DNA from: Azolla caroliniana
Taxonomy: Eukaryota > Plantae > Polypodiophyta
DNA length: 44,533 bases
Assembly (NCBI GenBank): GCA_043228905.1
Contig: JBHGNT010000254.1
Coordinates: forward strand, 1-44,533
Reading direction: 5' to 3'
A program made the translations under genes and the position numbers. This document shows, piece by piece, positions 43,718 to 44,533 of the stretch. A model generated the notes under the pieces. That model was given only the letters and a program-made list of their open reading frames with translations. It did not search any database and was not told the DNA's origin. Numbering within the stretch: the first letter of the stretch is position 1; every line of letters starts with the position of its first letter.

Positions 43718-44095
43718 ATGGCAATGACTATGCCACCAGCTGTGAAGCCTGCAAAGTTGGGTTTTGAAGAACCACAAGAGGCAATGCACAAGATTTGTAT
43801 CACTCTTTCATCAAGGAGTATTAAAAAGTTAGAAAAAATTTGTGCTGATTTGGTTCGTAGCGCCAAGGAGAAGATGTTTAAAGTGAAAGGACCTATCAGA
43901 ATGCTTACCAAGGTGCTTCACATTACAACTCGCAAGTCTCCTTAGGGTGAAGAAACAATCATATTTGACAGGTTTGAGCTCTGAGTGCATAAAAGGGTAA
44001 TTGACCTCCATAATTCTTTCAAGGTTGTTAAACAGATTACCTCCATCACAATTGAACCTGGAGTGAAAGTAAAGGTTACTATTGCAGAGCCTTGA
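43718..44095 (+). pseudogene. RPS20: 40S ribosomal protein S20 (uS10) processed pseudogene
   Basis: Full-length 126-codon intronless frame HKICITLSS...[23 protein letters not shown]...[13 protein letters not shown]...[17 protein letters not shown], with in-frame stops at 43943 (TAG) and 43982 (TGA). Confidence 0.93.
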
Positions 44096-44293
44096 AACGT
44101 TATACTTAATGTCTTATTTTACTTTTGACCTTTAGGGTATTGCTTTTTCTACTTCTTTTTAATAGTTTATTGAATTCTGATGTGTTTTTATGTTCTTGAT
44201 GTAACTCCCTTAATGAGCCTTTGGTATAGACTCAATTTTGATTTTGCTCTGAAAAGCTCTTTCTATATGTTTGTTAATTGTCATGGTAGCATT

Positions 44294-44297
<4 letters not shown>

Positions 44298-44329
<32 letters not shown>
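44298..44329. repeat. (GA)n microsatellite
   Basis: Direct observation. Confidence 0.95.
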
Positions 44330-44347
44330 TTTATTAGATAATTGCAG

Positions 44348-44429
44348 CTTTTTCTTCCAGCAAGAAATGGAGCTTTCCATAATTGGGTTACAAAATGCTG
44401 GAAAGACATCTTTGGTGAATGTGATAGCG
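44348..44429 (+). CDS. ARL8: ARL8/ARLA1 (ADP-ribosylation factor-like GTPase) exon; gene probably continues beyond the window
   Basis: ttgcag|(S)[27 protein letters not shown]|gtaaca matches plant ARL8 [26 protein letters not shown]. Whether the gene is intact cannot be told from this window. Confidence 0.8.
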
Positions 44430-44533
44430 GTAACATTTTTTTTTTTCCCATAAAAATATCCTCCATTGGTATTAACATAAAGTGGCCCAATGCAATATAC
44501 AAAATAGTCCACTATTACAAAGAAAATTGCAAC

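Noticed and set aside
44510-44533. Possible CACTA terminus (cactattacaaagaaaa) at the window edge
   Set aside because: The match is imperfect, and no partner TIR or TSD is visible within the window.

Overview
Gene-dense nuclear DNA from a land plant, probably a non-seed plant such as a fern. This assignment is inference from spliceosomal GT-AG introns, plant tRNAs, a PLS-type PPR, the ALS motif [12 protein letters not shown] and fern-like LINE remnants. Left to right: the 5' end of NAR1 (minus strand, runs off the window), head-to-head with AK6/Fap7. The probable long 5'-UTR intron of AK6 holds an inverted decayed copy of NAR1 exon 1/intron 1 and a Copia LTR-PBS-gag remnant. Then come PAM16, a short PLS PPR gene with a probable GC-AG intron, two tRNA-Ser(GCU) genes, a fasciclin-like arabinogalactan protein, a disrupted intronless fungal-type zf-MYND + DUF4470 gene (best novelty/HGT candidate), acetolactate synthase, an ~19-exon LRR-VIII-1 receptor kinase, tRNA-Val(AAC) and a hAT-type MITE. 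The last ~5 kb is a mosaic: a hexokinase pseudogene cut off by a copy of the receptor-kinase upstream region plus tRNA-Val, an RPS20 processed pseudogene sitting in a (GA)n tract, and an ARL8 exon. All family assignments come from recognising motifs by eye; no database search was run.
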